From: Desulfomonilia bacterium
GTDB taxonomy: Bacteria; Desulfobacterota; Desulfomonilia; UBA1062
Assembly: GCA_963664325.2 (NCBI GenBank)
Contig: CAXXDQ010000007.1
Coordinates: 416,001 to 480,000 of the forward strand
Direction: 5' to 3'
DNA: 64,000 bases
Below, piece by piece: positions 29,588-38,475 of this stretch. The notes under the pieces are model-generated. The model ran no database searches. It had not been told where the DNA came from and saw only the letters and a list, made by a program, of their open reading frames with translations. Numbering within the stretch: position 1 is the first letter of the stretch; every line of letters begins with the position of its first letter. A program made the position numbers and the translations under genes.

Positions 29588-32311
29588 TTATCCTGAGATG
29601 CGCTGAACGACGCCGGTGGTCCCGTTCATATGGATTTTTTCGCCATTCTCAATCTTTTTAGTAATACCCCTCAGGCCGACAATTGTAGGAATTCCCATCT
29701 CCCGGGCAACAACTGCGGAATGAGACAACACGCTTCCGCGTTCGATTATTATGCCGCTGACCGACGGGAAAAGAGGCACCCATCCGGGGTCCGTGCGTTT
29801 CGCAACCATGATCTCACCGTTCAGGTTGGCATCATTGGGAGCAAGTACGATCCTGGCCTCTGAAGTAACATCTCCGGGGGAGCATGGCACCCCCTTGAAG
29901 CTTCTGCCGCTTTCATCCTCCTCGAACTCCATGTCGTTTTCAGTAAGGATCTCGACAAAACATCTGTCCTGCATCTCGCCGAAAAAATACATGCGCTCAG
30001 GGGAATCCTTTGACTGCTGTTCTTCAAATTCGTGTTTCCTTAATGAGATTATGTCCCTTACTATGCCTTCAATTATGGAGCGGCCCTCGATAAGCTGCCT
30101 TATTTCATCTACATGTAAAAAATAGACATCCTTCCGATCATCTATTATTCCCTGTTCATTAAGGTTTGCACCTATCCGGTTGAACATGCTGCGGCATATC
30201 CCGAATATCTTGGTGCGCATGAATCTGAGTTCTTCCCGGTTCCTGATGGCCTTGCGGGCCCTGATTAGCACATAAGTAAAAAGACGCTTTTTGAGAGGAG
30301 AAAGTTTCATGAACACTTTTTCTTCAGCCCTGAACTTGATTTCCTGTTCGTTGAGCTCCATTTTATCAAGGTCAACCGCTCCCTTCTTCAGATAGTTCTT
30401 GAGCGCTGTGAATAAGAATCTCGGGTCTTCCTTGAGAGACGGCTCCTCGAGCTTGAGTTCAAACATGCACCTGAAGCCGTATTCGGAGATGTATTCCTTT
30501 ATACGGCGCCTGATTTCGGCATACCGCTGCTCCTCGGTACAAAGGATAAGCCTGATAAGCTCATCTTCTGTTTTATCCCTGAACAATGCGGCCAGTTCGG
30601 GAATACTCCTTATCCAGCTCGATATCATTATGATCTCGCGTGTCGGCTTTGTGCTTTCTATCTCACCCTGCCCGCATAAGAGGTCGTTCTGGACACTTTT
30701 GGCATCTGCTATGTCAAGACTGGCCACCATTTTCCCAAGGGCTCCGAAATAAACCATCGTATAGAAATCATTGACAATGGGGGCCTTCCACTTGTCGAGC
30801 ACGTTATCCTGGAAATAATCATAAAGCCTTAGTATTTCGAGATTATTGTATTTCTCAAATTTCTCATCCATGTAAGGCGCAGTTGCGGCATAGAAGTCAT
30901 CAATGAACTTTTTCGATATTTCATCTATTCTCTTAAAATTTAAAAGCAGCTTGAACGCCGAATAAATGAGAAGCGGGATCTCAATTGATATATTGCGCGC
31001 CTTTGAAATAGACCCCTCGGCTGAAAAGCGTGAAGCATGTCTTACTCCCATCATCCTGTCCATGAATTCGCTGTTTATATTATATCCGGGAAGCAGCTGC
31101 AGAGCCCTGTGCCAGCTGTTCAGATTGTAGTAAATCCTGCCGTCAATGTAGCAGAGAAGTGTTCTGAAAATATCTGAAAAACTGCTGATCCGCCTTTGGC
31201 TGACACCGAGCAGCCTGAAGAACTGCCGGTAAACCATCTCATAGTTTTTGCTTGCAAATGAAAATGTCAGCGGACTCGTCACGCCCGGAAAGCTTTCAAT
31301 AATGTTTGAATTATCAAGGACTGTCCTGGGTTTTGATTTGTCGATATGGCTCAATGTAGTAACAGGCCTTGACTGGAGTATGTATATCCTGCCGTCTTTT
31401 ATGCACCACTCTATATCCTGTGGAACATATCCGAAAACACCTTCTATCCTCCTGCCGAGCATGGCAAGTTCCACTATCTGTACAGAAGAAAGGGATCTTT
31501 CTTCAACAAGGTCTGCCGGGACACTGATATTTTTCGTCCCGGAACCGCGTTCGCTGTCAAATGTGATCATCCCGGTTTTTCTTGCGATCAATTCTTTCAC
31601 TATGCTGTCGTCATCGGCGACAATCCAGGAATCGGCATCGATTTCCCCGGAAACGATGCCTTCTCCTATCCCGTATGCGGAGTTGACAAGTATCTGGTCC
31701 GTGTCATTGTTTAGAGGGTTGCCTGTAAACATGACGCCTGAAATATCGCCGAAAATCATTTCCTGGATAATGGCGGCAGGCCTGACGCCAGTCAGCGGCA
31801 ATCCCTGGGATATGCGATATGTCATAGCCCTCAGGGAATATGCCGAAGCAAAGCACCTGCGGACAAATTCAAACAGGTTCTCATCCGGTTTTACATAAAG
31901 AAAACTTTCAAGCTGTCCTGCAAATGAAAACCTCTTGGAGTCTTCATCAACAGCGGAAGACCTGACTGAAAAGAATCCGGGCATATTCTTTACAAAGACC
32001 CGGGACAGACCGTCAAGAATCTCCTTTTTCTGCCTCGGGGAAAAAGCCGTAATATTGATAAGTCCGCATATTTTTTCACTCACGGGATTGATGTTTTTTT
32101 TGTTGCATCCGTTCAAAAGGCTGTCGATCTTTTTTATGCCTTCCCCCATAAACTTTTCGAAAAAGTCCGTTGTTAATGACAGCCATCGCGGAACGGGAAG
32201 CCCTGCCCTGCCCATAACCGCAAGGTTTCTCGCCTTGCCGCCTACGAGCTTTATATCGGGTACAGGACAGTCCCGACTTTCAAGATAATATATCCCCTTC
32301 ATGATATTCAC
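29588..32311 (-). CDS. PEP/pyruvate-binding dikinase-type phosphotransferase (rifampin phosphotransferase architecture)
   Basis: VGGKA, VRSSAVDED, FAGQ, DIEW, LQSRPVT; C-terminal TDPGW...LSHSAVVARE His domain. Confidence 0.88.
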   Translation of the reverse strand: MNIMKGIYYLESRDCPVPDIKLVGGKARNLAVMGRAGLPVPRWLSLTTDFFEKFMGEGIKKIDSLLNGCNKKNINPVSEKICGLINITAFSPRQKKEILDGLSRVFVKNMPGFFSVRSSAVDEDSKRFSFAGQLESFLYVKPDENLFEFVRRCFASAYSLRAMTYRISQGLPLTGVRPAAIIQEMIFGDISGVMFTGNPLNNDTDQILVNSAYGIGEGIVSGEIDADSWIVADDDSIVKELIARKTGMITFDSERGSGTKNISVPADLVEERSLSSVQIVELAMLGRRIEGVFGYVPQDIEWCIKDGRIYILQSRPVTTLSHIDKSKPRTVLDNSNIIESFPGVTSPLTFSFASKNYEMVYRQFFRLLGVSQRRISSFSDIFRTLLCYIDGRIYYNLNSWHRALQLLPGYNINSEFMDRMMGVRHASRFSAEGSISKARNISIEIPLLIYSAFKLLLNFKRIDEISKKFIDDFYAATAPYMDEKFEKYNNLEILRLYDYFQDNVLDKWKAPIVNDFYTMVYFGALGKMVASLDIADAKSVQNDLLCGQGEIESTKPTREIIMISSWIRSIPELAALFRDKTEDELIRLILCTEEQRYAEIRRRIKEYISEYGFRCMFELKLEEPSLKEDPRFLFTALKNYLKKGAVDLDKMELNEQEIKFRAEEKVFMKLSPLKKRLFTYVLIRARKAIRNREELRFMRTKIFGICRSMFNRIGANLNEQGIIDDRKDVYFLHVDEIRQLIEGRSIIEGIVRDIISLRKHEFEEQQSKDSPERMYFFGEMQDRCFVEILTENDMEFEEDESGRSFKGVPCSPGDVTSEARIVLAPNDANLNGEIMVAKRTDPGWVPLFPSVSGIIIERGSVLSHSAVVAREMGIPTIVGLRGITKKIENGEKIHMNGTTGVVQRISG

Positions 32312-33231
32312 CTTTGACAGATAATATAAAAGGCTATGGCCGAATTAAGATAAAAGCCAATGGTATAAAGGGCACCCGCCCCTTCCACTATTTTTGATCT
32401 TTTCAGCACTGGTTTCTTAAGGAACATCAGGTCTGCGGCAAGAAACAACATATACAGCCCGGCCTGAACTCCAGATGATATGATACTTGCACCTGCTGAG
32501 GCGAATACGAAAACCAGCGCACAGGTTGAAAAAACTGCAGTGAGCTGGTTTACCAGAACCGTTGCCGGCCGGCCCCAGAATTTGGTATAGGAGTCTGCAA
32601 ATTCATGCTCCTTTTCTTCCGGCCATGTCTTTCTTGAAATTTCATAGGTGATAAAAGAACCCAGGCTTGCTGTAAAAAATGCCGCAGCGGACAATATATC
32701 GATATTGGACGGCTTTCTCTGGAAAAACCCGAGAAGCAGGACTATCGGGACAAGTATCTGATGGCTCAAAAGGTATATGCCCATGTGGCGGTTTAAAAAT
32801 CCGGGCACAAAAAATTCCTTGAGCATCAAAAATGTATAGAAAAAGATTATTGCCCAGATAACAAGGGTGTATACGCCGAGATAAAAACCCACTGCAATTT
32901 CCAGAGCGATAATAATTAAAAGCAGCTTCCTGAGATCGGACAGCGTTATGTCGCCTCGGCTCAACATTCTTTCAGGATGTGCAATAATGTCTTTTTTATA
33001 ATCTTTATGCTCGTCAAAAATCCTCAAATGAAATGTTATGAGAAAAACAAGGATAGAACCAAGTATTATCTCTGAAATATGCTGCGGTGATTCAGGTGAA
33101 AAAAGCCCGCCCAGAAAATATGATGAGCAGTAAAGGGCGGCTGCAAATACAAGAGCGGGTGCAACCGGGAACCTCTCTTTTGAATAAAGGGCATACATTT
33201 TTATACCGGACGGTTTTGCGTTATCCGCCAT
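32308..33231 (-). CDS. UbiA prenyltransferase-superfamily membrane protein
   Basis: Multiple TM segments; Asp-rich LRIFDEHKDYKKDIIAHPER..SRG and YEISRK...DSY. Confidence 0.75.
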   Translation of the reverse strand: MADNAKPSGIKMYALYSKERFPVAPALVFAAALYCSSYFLGGLFSPESPQHISEIILGSILVFLITFHLRIFDEHKDYKKDIIAHPERMLSRGDITLSDLRKLLLIIIALEIAVGFYLGVYTLVIWAIIFFYTFLMLKEFFVPGFLNRHMGIYLLSHQILVPIVLLLGFFQRKPSNIDILSAAAFFTASLGSFITYEISRKTWPEEKEHEFADSYTKFWGRPATVLVNQLTAVFSTCALVFVFASAGASIISSGVQAGLYMLFLAADLMFLKKPVLKRSKIVEGAGALYTIGFYLNSAIAFYIICQR

Positions 33232-33243
33232 GTTATCCTCCGC

Positions 33244-34317
33244 CTAGATTCTTATCGTGTACAGCTTATAGATATTGTCTCTGCTGAAAACTTTCATCGG
33301 CCTCACAGAGCAGCTATCGATATGGCAGAAAGCCCCAATAAGGTAATCATATCCCTTTGTTTTTGCCTGGAGAGCTTCGGCACACGACATGGCGCTTTGT
33401 ATACCTTTGTTTCGGTATTCGGGGAGGACGGCCGTTGTCTTCAGGACAAGGCCTTTAGGCGAGTTCCTTCCCATGTAAAGCCGTATCTTGTTCACAATTG
33501 AGTTCAAATCAAGGTTTTCAAAGTATCCTGTATAGTCCGGGCTTGAATAGAAAAAGCCCACCTCCTTGCCTTCAAACATAACTATCTTAAAGAAGTCTTC
33601 GACAATCATACTCTTTGATCCGGTGTAAAGGCCCCTGAATTCCTCAAAAGGGATACCAGTATAAAAGAGGTTGCCGGCAAACCCTTCCAAGCTCATTGAA
33701 TAAAGGATCCTGAGTTCCTTCTCAAACCTTGATTTGTTAAAGTTCCTGAAGTAGAAGCCTTCTTTCAGAACCTTATCATATCTATCCCTGTTGTCGTCAA
33801 TAAACTGATCTATATACGGGCAGAGCATGCTTATATAGCTGTATGTTTCATCAACCCCGTAGCGTTTTGCATATTCCGGATAATAGGGCTTATTCGGATA
33901 TTCAAAAAAGAAATAAAATTCATTCTTGGCAATAAACCTGTACTGATACCAGGTTGAGATGAAAAACGGGAAGAGCATGCTACGGTTGTCTCTCAAAGAT
34001 TTTTTAGCACAATCAATCATGGCGCAGAAAATATCATAGTCTTCAATCACCTCAAAAAGCCCGACCTGACCGTAAGGTATTCCTCCGGCATCGCATATGC
34101 CTTTATTTGCATACACCGACATCCTGCCTACGGCATCTATTCCGTCCTTAAGAGCAACATACAACCCGGTGTTGTGAGGGGCATCCAGCAGCCTCCTTGT
34201 TTTCATTATGGTGTTCCTGACAAGCGGGGTATCGCCATAGAGCTTGAGAGGCAGCATCAGAAAAGCTTCAAGCTGCTTCTTATCGTTAATGTCGATCTTT
34301 ATGATCTCAAGGGCCAT
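33244..34317 (-). CDS. GNAT-fold hypothetical protein
   Basis: C-terminal AVLPEYRNKGI acyl-CoA-binding motif; GLFE and NKPYY motifs. Confidence 0.6.
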   Translation of the reverse strand: MALEIIKIDINDKKQLEAFLMLPLKLYGDTPLVRNTIMKTRRLLDAPHNTGLYVALKDGIDAVGRMSVYANKGICDAGGIPYGQVGLFEVIEDYDIFCAMIDCAKKSLRDNRSMLFPFFISTWYQYRFIAKNEFYFFFEYPNKPYYPEYAKRYGVDETYSYISMLCPYIDQFIDDNRDRYDKVLKEGFYFRNFNKSRFEKELRILYSMSLEGFAGNLFYTGIPFEEFRGLYTGSKSMIVEDFFKIVMFEGKEVGFFYSSPDYTGYFENLDLNSIVNKIRLYMGRNSPKGLVLKTTAVLPEYRNKGIQSAMSCAEALQAKTKGYDYLIGAFCHIDSCSVRPMKVFSRDNIYKLYTIRI

Positions 34318-34335
34318 GCCATCTATCCCCTAAAG

Positions 34336-35688
34336 CTATATTTCGGCATTTGCATAAGATTTACGCGATTTGTAATTCATCGCAACCGTCACAAGAGCCA
34401 TCTTCGGATTCTTGGTATGAACAAGGGCTTTTATCGCCCTTGACATTATCCTGAGCGGTGAGTAGAACTCAAGCCCGGTGTCCCTCACCCATTTCTTGAG
34501 CTCATGAATCTTGAGATTCCTGGGTATGAAATGAACACCCATGATAAAGTCCTTTTCCATCTTTTTCCAGTCTTCGGGAAAGTCTTTAAGAAGCAGCCTT
34601 CCTTCTTCTTTCAATGACTCGTATAGCTTGGTGCCGGGTATCGGCTGCATGATCTGCAGCCTTAAAAGGTCAAAGTTTATCGCTTTCAGGAAATCTCCTG
34701 TTCTCCTGAGGACATCGAGAGTATCTGAATCGTTGCCGACTATCATCTCTCCGGTTACGAGAATCTTCCTTTTCTGTGCATTGGCGACAAGCCCGGCATA
34801 TGAATCGACGCCGAACTTGAGGTTGAGCGTCTTGTTCATCTCCTTCAAGGACTCCGGATTTATCGATTCAAACCCGACGAATACCATGGCGCACCCGGCC
34901 TGTGATGCGAGCTCAAGCGCCTCGTCATCAGCCAGGGCGTTTACAGAGACATAGCAGGTGAAATATTTGAAAGACAGCCTGCCCTCGTTCCTCGCGGCTA
35001 TCATTCTCCGGCAGAGCTCTTTGAACCTGTCTATTTCGTTTTTTGAATAGCCATAAATATTACCGTCGGTAAAGAACACTATGTCATAGCCTTTTGGAAG
35101 ACCCAGGAGCTCTTCCATCACATCATCCACGTCGCGCGTCCGGTACTTACCCCGGTAAAACCTGTTAATCACGCAGAAGTTACAGTTGAACGGGCAGCCT
35201 CGGCTGGTGGAAACGGGCATGAAGGAATAGCCTTTTCTGAACAGGTCATGACGCGGCCGCTTCAATCCCTGAAGACCCTTAAGCTCACCTGTATAAACCT
35301 TCTTAAGCGAACCTCTTTCAAAATCATCTAAAATCTTTCCGATTATATATTCACCGTCACCGACGCACACGGCATCACAAAAGCGCGACGCCTCGTCAAC
35401 GCACATGGATGCATGCACGCCCCCGGTGATGACCTTTATGCCCCTTTTCCTGAATTCAGCGGAGATTTCATAAGCCCGGTTTGCTGTCAGTGTTGTCGTA
35501 GTTATGCCTACAAGATCTGCCTTCATGTTAAAATCGATCTTTTCAATCTGTTCATCGACAATCGCTACATCCCAGTGTACCGGGACATAGGCCGCCAGAT
35601 AACCGAGCCCGAGCGGGTAAAGCGTCCGGATGTTCCGGTCAACCTCCCTGTTCTGCCATTGCGGCTGAATAAGGACAAGTCTGGGCAT
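34336..35688 (-). CDS. Cobalamin-binding radical SAM protein
   Basis: PLGLGYLAA, GGVHAS, VGDGE, SRGCPFNCNFC, GFES, PIPGT. Confidence 0.92.
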   Translation of the reverse strand: MPRLVLIQPQWQNREVDRNIRTLYPLGLGYLAAYVPVHWDVAIVDEQIEKIDFNMKADLVGITTTTLTANRAYEISAEFRKRGIKVITGGVHASMCVDEASRFCDAVCVGDGEYIIGKILDDFERGSLKKVYTGELKGLQGLKRPRHDLFRKGYSFMPVSTSRGCPFNCNFCVINRFYRGKYRTRDVDDVMEELLGLPKGYDIVFFTDGNIYGYSKNEIDRFKELCRRMIAARNEGRLSFKYFTCYVSVNALADDEALELASQAGCAMVFVGFESINPESLKEMNKTLNLKFGVDSYAGLVANAQKRKILVTGEMIVGNDSDTLDVLRRTGDFLKAINFDLLRLQIMQPIPGTKLYESLKEEGRLLLKDFPEDWKKMEKDFIMGVHFIPRNLKIHELKKWVRDTGLEFYSPLRIMSRAIKALVHTKNPKMALVTVAMNYKSRKSYANAEI

Positions 35689-35711
35689 ATCGGTCTCTCC
35701 CGTGCCTGGAT

Positions 35712-38453
35712 CTATACTATACCGAACGTTTCGGAACCCTCGGTAATCAAAGTCCTCAGGTTGGCGTATACCCTGTCCATATAAGGAAACTTAAGGACGT
35801 TGTGCGCCAGCAGGTACAGGTTGAACCTGATGACTGCAAGCTTTATCGCGTTGAGATAAAGCACTTTTTCAAATATTTTTTTATCGAAAGTCCTTTCTGA
35901 AAATCCTTCGAGGTTTTTCATATACTGGGATATGTAACGGCTGAAACTGCTTCTTGTCGCATTGCCGGGCAGACAGTAAACAAGAAACTCAACGGCATCG
36001 AGCTGCGGGTTCTGCCAGCACGGTACCTCCCAGTCGTATAAAACCAGCCTCGACCTTTTAGGTTCAGGCTTCCTGAGGCAGATATTCCTGACATTGAAGT
36101 CATTATGTGTCAGTGTCATTGGAAAAGACTCCATCTCGTTTAAAATCCCCGGGATATTGTCAAGAAATACCTGATAAATCTTTTCAATGGGTTTCGTCAG
36201 TAGTTCCGGGAATCGTCTGGCGTTATACGACGTCAGCTCGGACAGCAGGTCCGATGCGGGAACAAGATTCTTTTCGGTATAGTTATTGACGTTTATCTCT
36301 TCGGGAATATCTTCAAAGCGCTCCATATATACAGAATGCATCCCGGCAAGGTCGAACAATACTGCCTTTATGCTTTCGGCATCCCAGAGCGACGGCCTGT
36401 TGACCGTATCCAGATGGGTTGAAGACGACAGGTCCTCCATCAGCACAGCATAGGCGTTCTTTGAGGCATCTGCATAAGAGCCGTATATTTCAGGGCAGTA
36501 TGAAAGCATATCCTTTCCGGCAAGTCTGTAAAAAGCAATTTCCCTCTCATGGCTTCCGTCAAACCCGAATACATTCACCTGGGACTCGAACAGGCCCGGC
36601 AGCCTGTCTTCACCTGAAAGCCTGGCAAGGCCTATGCCGACATCTATTATTTCCGTGTCAGAGGTTTTGAGCTTGAGAATTGCAGGCAGGTCAGTGATTC
36701 CTGATTTTGTTTCAATTTTCAGATCAAATTTATAAAGCCCGTGGAATTTCTTCGCTCTGGATTTGACGGTCTTTGTAATGATGCTTGAATCTGATGATAT
36801 CCTGCCTTCTTCGAAGGATACGACCTTTGTATCCTTGTCGAGCAGCATCGAGTTGAAGAAATCAAGCGTGATGTCAGCCCTTGAAAGATACTTTGCCGGC
36901 CTGTTTCTCCCATACCTGTCATGGGCGCTGGCGAATTCATTCGATGTCATTGCAGAACCCGTTGAGAGATCAAGCGACAGGCATGCTGCGGCAATGATTT
37001 CCGCAAGCCTGAACGATTTGCCCGGTCCGTAGCAGTTCATGAGTTCAAGGCATTCCCTCTGCGAGGGCAGCTTTGTACCGCCTCCTACGGTGCCGATAAC
37101 GAGCGAAGGAAGATATGCTGTAAACAGGATGCCGTTGTCCTGCTCTCGAACCTTGAATATCCCCACCGAAGACTCATGAACGCATGCGATATCCTGCCCG
37201 GTTGCAGTAAAAATACCAGCTATGGGATTGGCAAAATTGATGTTCATGCCGACTATGCCGACCCTCTGAGCGGAAAACTCCCCTTCATGATAATGCCGTG
37301 CAAAATCCTTGTAGTTGGTCCTGAGCTTGTCTTTGAAAAGTTTTCCCGGAACAAAGCATGATGCCTGCACGCTTATTCCTCTGCCTTTTATAAAGCTGCC
37401 GTAGCTGACCTTTTTGTCCGCGGACATGTTCCCGTCTATATTGTATGAATCAAACCCGATCGAGTCATTATCCAATATCTGTTCGACAATCCATTCGCAT
37501 GCGACCCATGTGCATGATGTCGTCATATTCTGTCCTGCCGCATCGCCCGTCGTATACGTAAAATTCAGATGCATGGCCGCACCGTAGACTTCCGGTGTTA
37601 TATGTTTGATCCTGGCAATGGAAGATACGCTCTCGGCCTTTGCAGTTATGTTCCTGATGTTACCCTGTACCCAGCGCTGAAGATTCCTGGCGCTCTGCAT
37701 GTCTTTGCAGAAAAATACAGGGACCCGCTGCATTTTCTGTTCGATAACCTGGGTCTCTATGCCGCCGGCAAGATTGCACACCCTTGCCCCCCTTGATATG
37801 GAACTCACAAGCGCACCTTCCGTGGTCGCTATGGGAACCGGGATATACCCGTTTGCATATACGCCGTTGATGAGAATAGGCCCCGCAATGCCGACAGGAA
37901 TCTGAACCGCGCCGATATAATTCTCGATGTTCCCGGCAAGGGATTCGGCCTTCAGTATAGTTTTGGAGATCGAATCCAGCATTGAGCCGCTCATCGTGCG
38001 CGCCCATCCCTGCCGGGTCTTGACCGATGCATCGGAATAATGCTCACTGCCCGAAAATTTGGGTATCATGTCCTCCCTGTACATCTTTGTAATGCTTTTT
38101 ACCGGCCTTTCCCACAGTTGCTGGAAGGCCTCCCTGAACTGTCTTTCGTCTCTGGCTCCGGAAGTGCATACAGCCACTTGTGACTTTCCGGTTGTATAAT
38201 TGTAATTGCAGTGCAGTACAGTCATCCCTTCAATGACCTTCCGTGTGCCGACGGAATCAAAATACAGCCTTGAGACAATGTCGCCCGGTCTTATTTCAAT
38301 CCGGGAATCAACACTTATACAAAGTCCGTTTTCCCAGAAATTTGAAACGAAACCATTACAAACCGTTTCATTGACCAGAAAGAGAACCTTAGGCTCTCTG
38401 CCCTCATGATAATACTTGCGGCCTTTTATTTTCATCCTTCCCATGTTTTTCAA
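35712..38453 (-). CDS. HMG-CoA reductase (class I-like) fused to a C-terminal choline/aminoglycoside-kinase-like domain and an extra N-terminal domain
   Basis: IENYIG, PIATTEGAL, TGDAAGQNM, GNMSADKK, TGQDIA, GTVGGGT; C-terminal THNDFNVRN and LYDWE. Confidence 0.85.
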   Translation of the reverse strand: MKNMGRMKIKGRKYYHEGREPKVLFLVNETVCNGFVSNFWENGLCISVDSRIEIRPGDIVSRLYFDSVGTRKVIEGMTVLHCNYNYTTGKSQVAVCTSGARDERQFREAFQQLWERPVKSITKMYREDMIPKFSGSEHYSDASVKTRQGWARTMSGSMLDSISKTILKAESLAGNIENYIGAVQIPVGIAGPILINGVYANGYIPVPIATTEGALVSSISRGARVCNLAGGIETQVIEQKMQRVPVFFCKDMQSARNLQRWVQGNIRNITAKAESVSSIARIKHITPEVYGAAMHLNFTYTTGDAAGQNMTTSCTWVACEWIVEQILDNDSIGFDSYNIDGNMSADKKVSYGSFIKGRGISVQASCFVPGKLFKDKLRTNYKDFARHYHEGEFSAQRVGIVGMNINFANPIAGIFTATGQDIACVHESSVGIFKVREQDNGILFTAYLPSLVIGTVGGGTKLPSQRECLELMNCYGPGKSFRLAEIIAAACLSLDLSTGSAMTSNEFASAHDRYGRNRPAKYLSRADITLDFFNSMLLDKDTKVVSFEEGRISSDSSIITKTVKSRAKKFHGLYKFDLKIETKSGITDLPAILKLKTSDTEIIDVGIGLARLSGEDRLPGLFESQVNVFGFDGSHEREIAFYRLAGKDMLSYCPEIYGSYADASKNAYAVLMEDLSSSTHLDTVNRPSLWDAESIKAVLFDLAGMHSVYMERFEDIPEEINVNNYTEKNLVPASDLLSELTSYNARRFPELLTKPIEKIYQVFLDNIPGILNEMESFPMTLTHNDFNVRNICLRKPEPKRSRLVLYDWEVPCWQNPQLDAVEFLVYCLPGNATRSSFSRYISQYMKNLEGFSERTFDKKIFEKVLYLNAIKLAVIRFNLYLLAHNVLKFPYMDRVYANLRTLITEGSETFGIV

Positions 38454-38475
38454 CCCACCAAAAAAAATATTTCAA

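Noticed and set aside
31248-31898. Long antisense ORFs (this 216 aa one; also 17495-17992, 45262-45768, 54631-55125, 55367-55852)
   Set aside because: They are shadows of well-supported genes on the opposite strand and have no motifs of their own.
29588-32311. Annotation as PEP synthase (ppsA) or a rifampin resistance gene
   Set aside because: The His domain is C-terminal and there is no PEP-binding barrel, so it is not PpsA. The biosynthetic context argues against resistance.
35712-38453. Standard mevalonate pathway operon
   Set aside because: No thiolase, HMG-CoA synthase, GHMP kinases or IDI in the window.
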